From Mobula hypostoma (lineage: Eukaryota): a stretch of 64,000 bases of DNA. Below the pieces are notes generated by a model. That model was given only the letters and a program-made list of their open reading frames with translations, was not told the origin of the DNA and searched no databases. The stretch covers positions 10,974,001 through 11,038,000 of the forward strand of contig NC_086097.1 of NCBI RefSeq assembly GCF_963921235.1, in the 5' to 3' direction. How positions within the stretch are numbered: the stretch's first letter is position 1; every line of letters starts with the position of its first letter. Positions 63,196 to 64,000 of the stretch are shown in pieces. The translations under genes were made by a program, and so were the position numbers.

Positions 63196-64000
63196 CTATC
63201 AGTACTATGCTCGATAACACTGGCTTTATAGCGTCCAGGGTTGCTCAGTTCTTGATGTCCTGATCATAATATTAATTCAAAAATAGAACAAAGAGTGTAT
63301 TTCCTTGATGTCACGTAGCATTTACCCAAGTGTTGCAGCAAGGAACCCTGCAAAAACAAACTATAGCCAATGGTACCCAGATATCTTTGTGAATAATAAT
63401 GTATGATTCAAATGTAAAGAGACAGACCACTGTTATGAGCAAGAACCTTACCAATGTTGAGGAGCAGAGGGATCTTGGGGCCCAAGTTCATAGCTCCTGG
63501 AAAGTGACTACTCAAGTTGATAGGGCGGTTCAGAAGCCATATGACATGCTGTAATGTGAAGCCTTAGTTTACTTGCCGATTGAAAGCCACTTCCACCTTG
63601 CCAGTTGTTGATTGACCCTTTTGAGGGATGAAGCAGCTCTTTCCCATTGGTTGCCTTGGTCACCATGGCACCAGTGTCCAGTGAAGGGTGCTTCAGGTAT
63701 GTAAGGACAGCAGGTGCAAGAGACTGGCTGGTTTTCCTTTGTCTCCAGGGGCTCCCTCTACACACTGGGGTTGCGACCAGTGCTAAAGAACCATTAGAAA
63801 AATGACTGCAGATACAGGAGGCCTCCATGTGCACTCTTTGTGAAGTATCTGTTTGGGTGAATGTTTCTTTTTGTAGTTGTGCAACTTGGAGAGACCTAAT
63901 GAGGTACTTGTTGAATTTGAAGTGTTACTGAATGTCCAGTGTTGTAGTTTTTTGTGACATAGGGTGGCTTAGATGTTTGTTTGAATGTTTTACTGTTTGT

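Noticed and set aside
63725..63850. Splice-acceptor-like TTTCCTTTGTCTCCAG with possible exon
   Set aside because: No recognisable protein in any frame and no convincing donor or partner exon in the window.

Overview
Eukaryotic (vertebrate) genomic DNA. The repeat content (CR1-dominated LINEs, V-SINEs, Penelope-like elements) suggests a cartilaginous fish, probably a ray; this is an inference. Positions 360-16440 hold the last eight coding exons and the 3' UTR of SEL1L (ERAD adaptor of HRD1) on the + strand. All introns are GT-AG with consistent phases, and the exons join into 336 aa plus a stop. The remaining ~48 kb has no host gene I can support. It is a mosaic of mostly decayed mobile elements: CR1, L1, Rex1/Babar, RTE-derived non-autonomous elements, V-SINEs, a tRNA-SINE, Tc1/mariner/pogo derivatives, a Gypsy remnant and a solo LTR. 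The most interesting signal is a Penelope-like (GIY-YIG) family whose terminal repeat carries a minimal type I hammerhead ribozyme motif (GTC-CTGACGA-stem II-GAAA-CG-TH-GAC). About 17 intact-to-decayed copies occur in 64 kb. Four insertions are head-to-head fold-back units with 13-14 bp target-site duplications. In three of them (~210-240 bp, no coding sequence) the inversion point lies at the 5' edge of the hammerhead core. Exon, TSD and ribozyme coordinates were counted by hand; the boundaries of old repeats are approximate.
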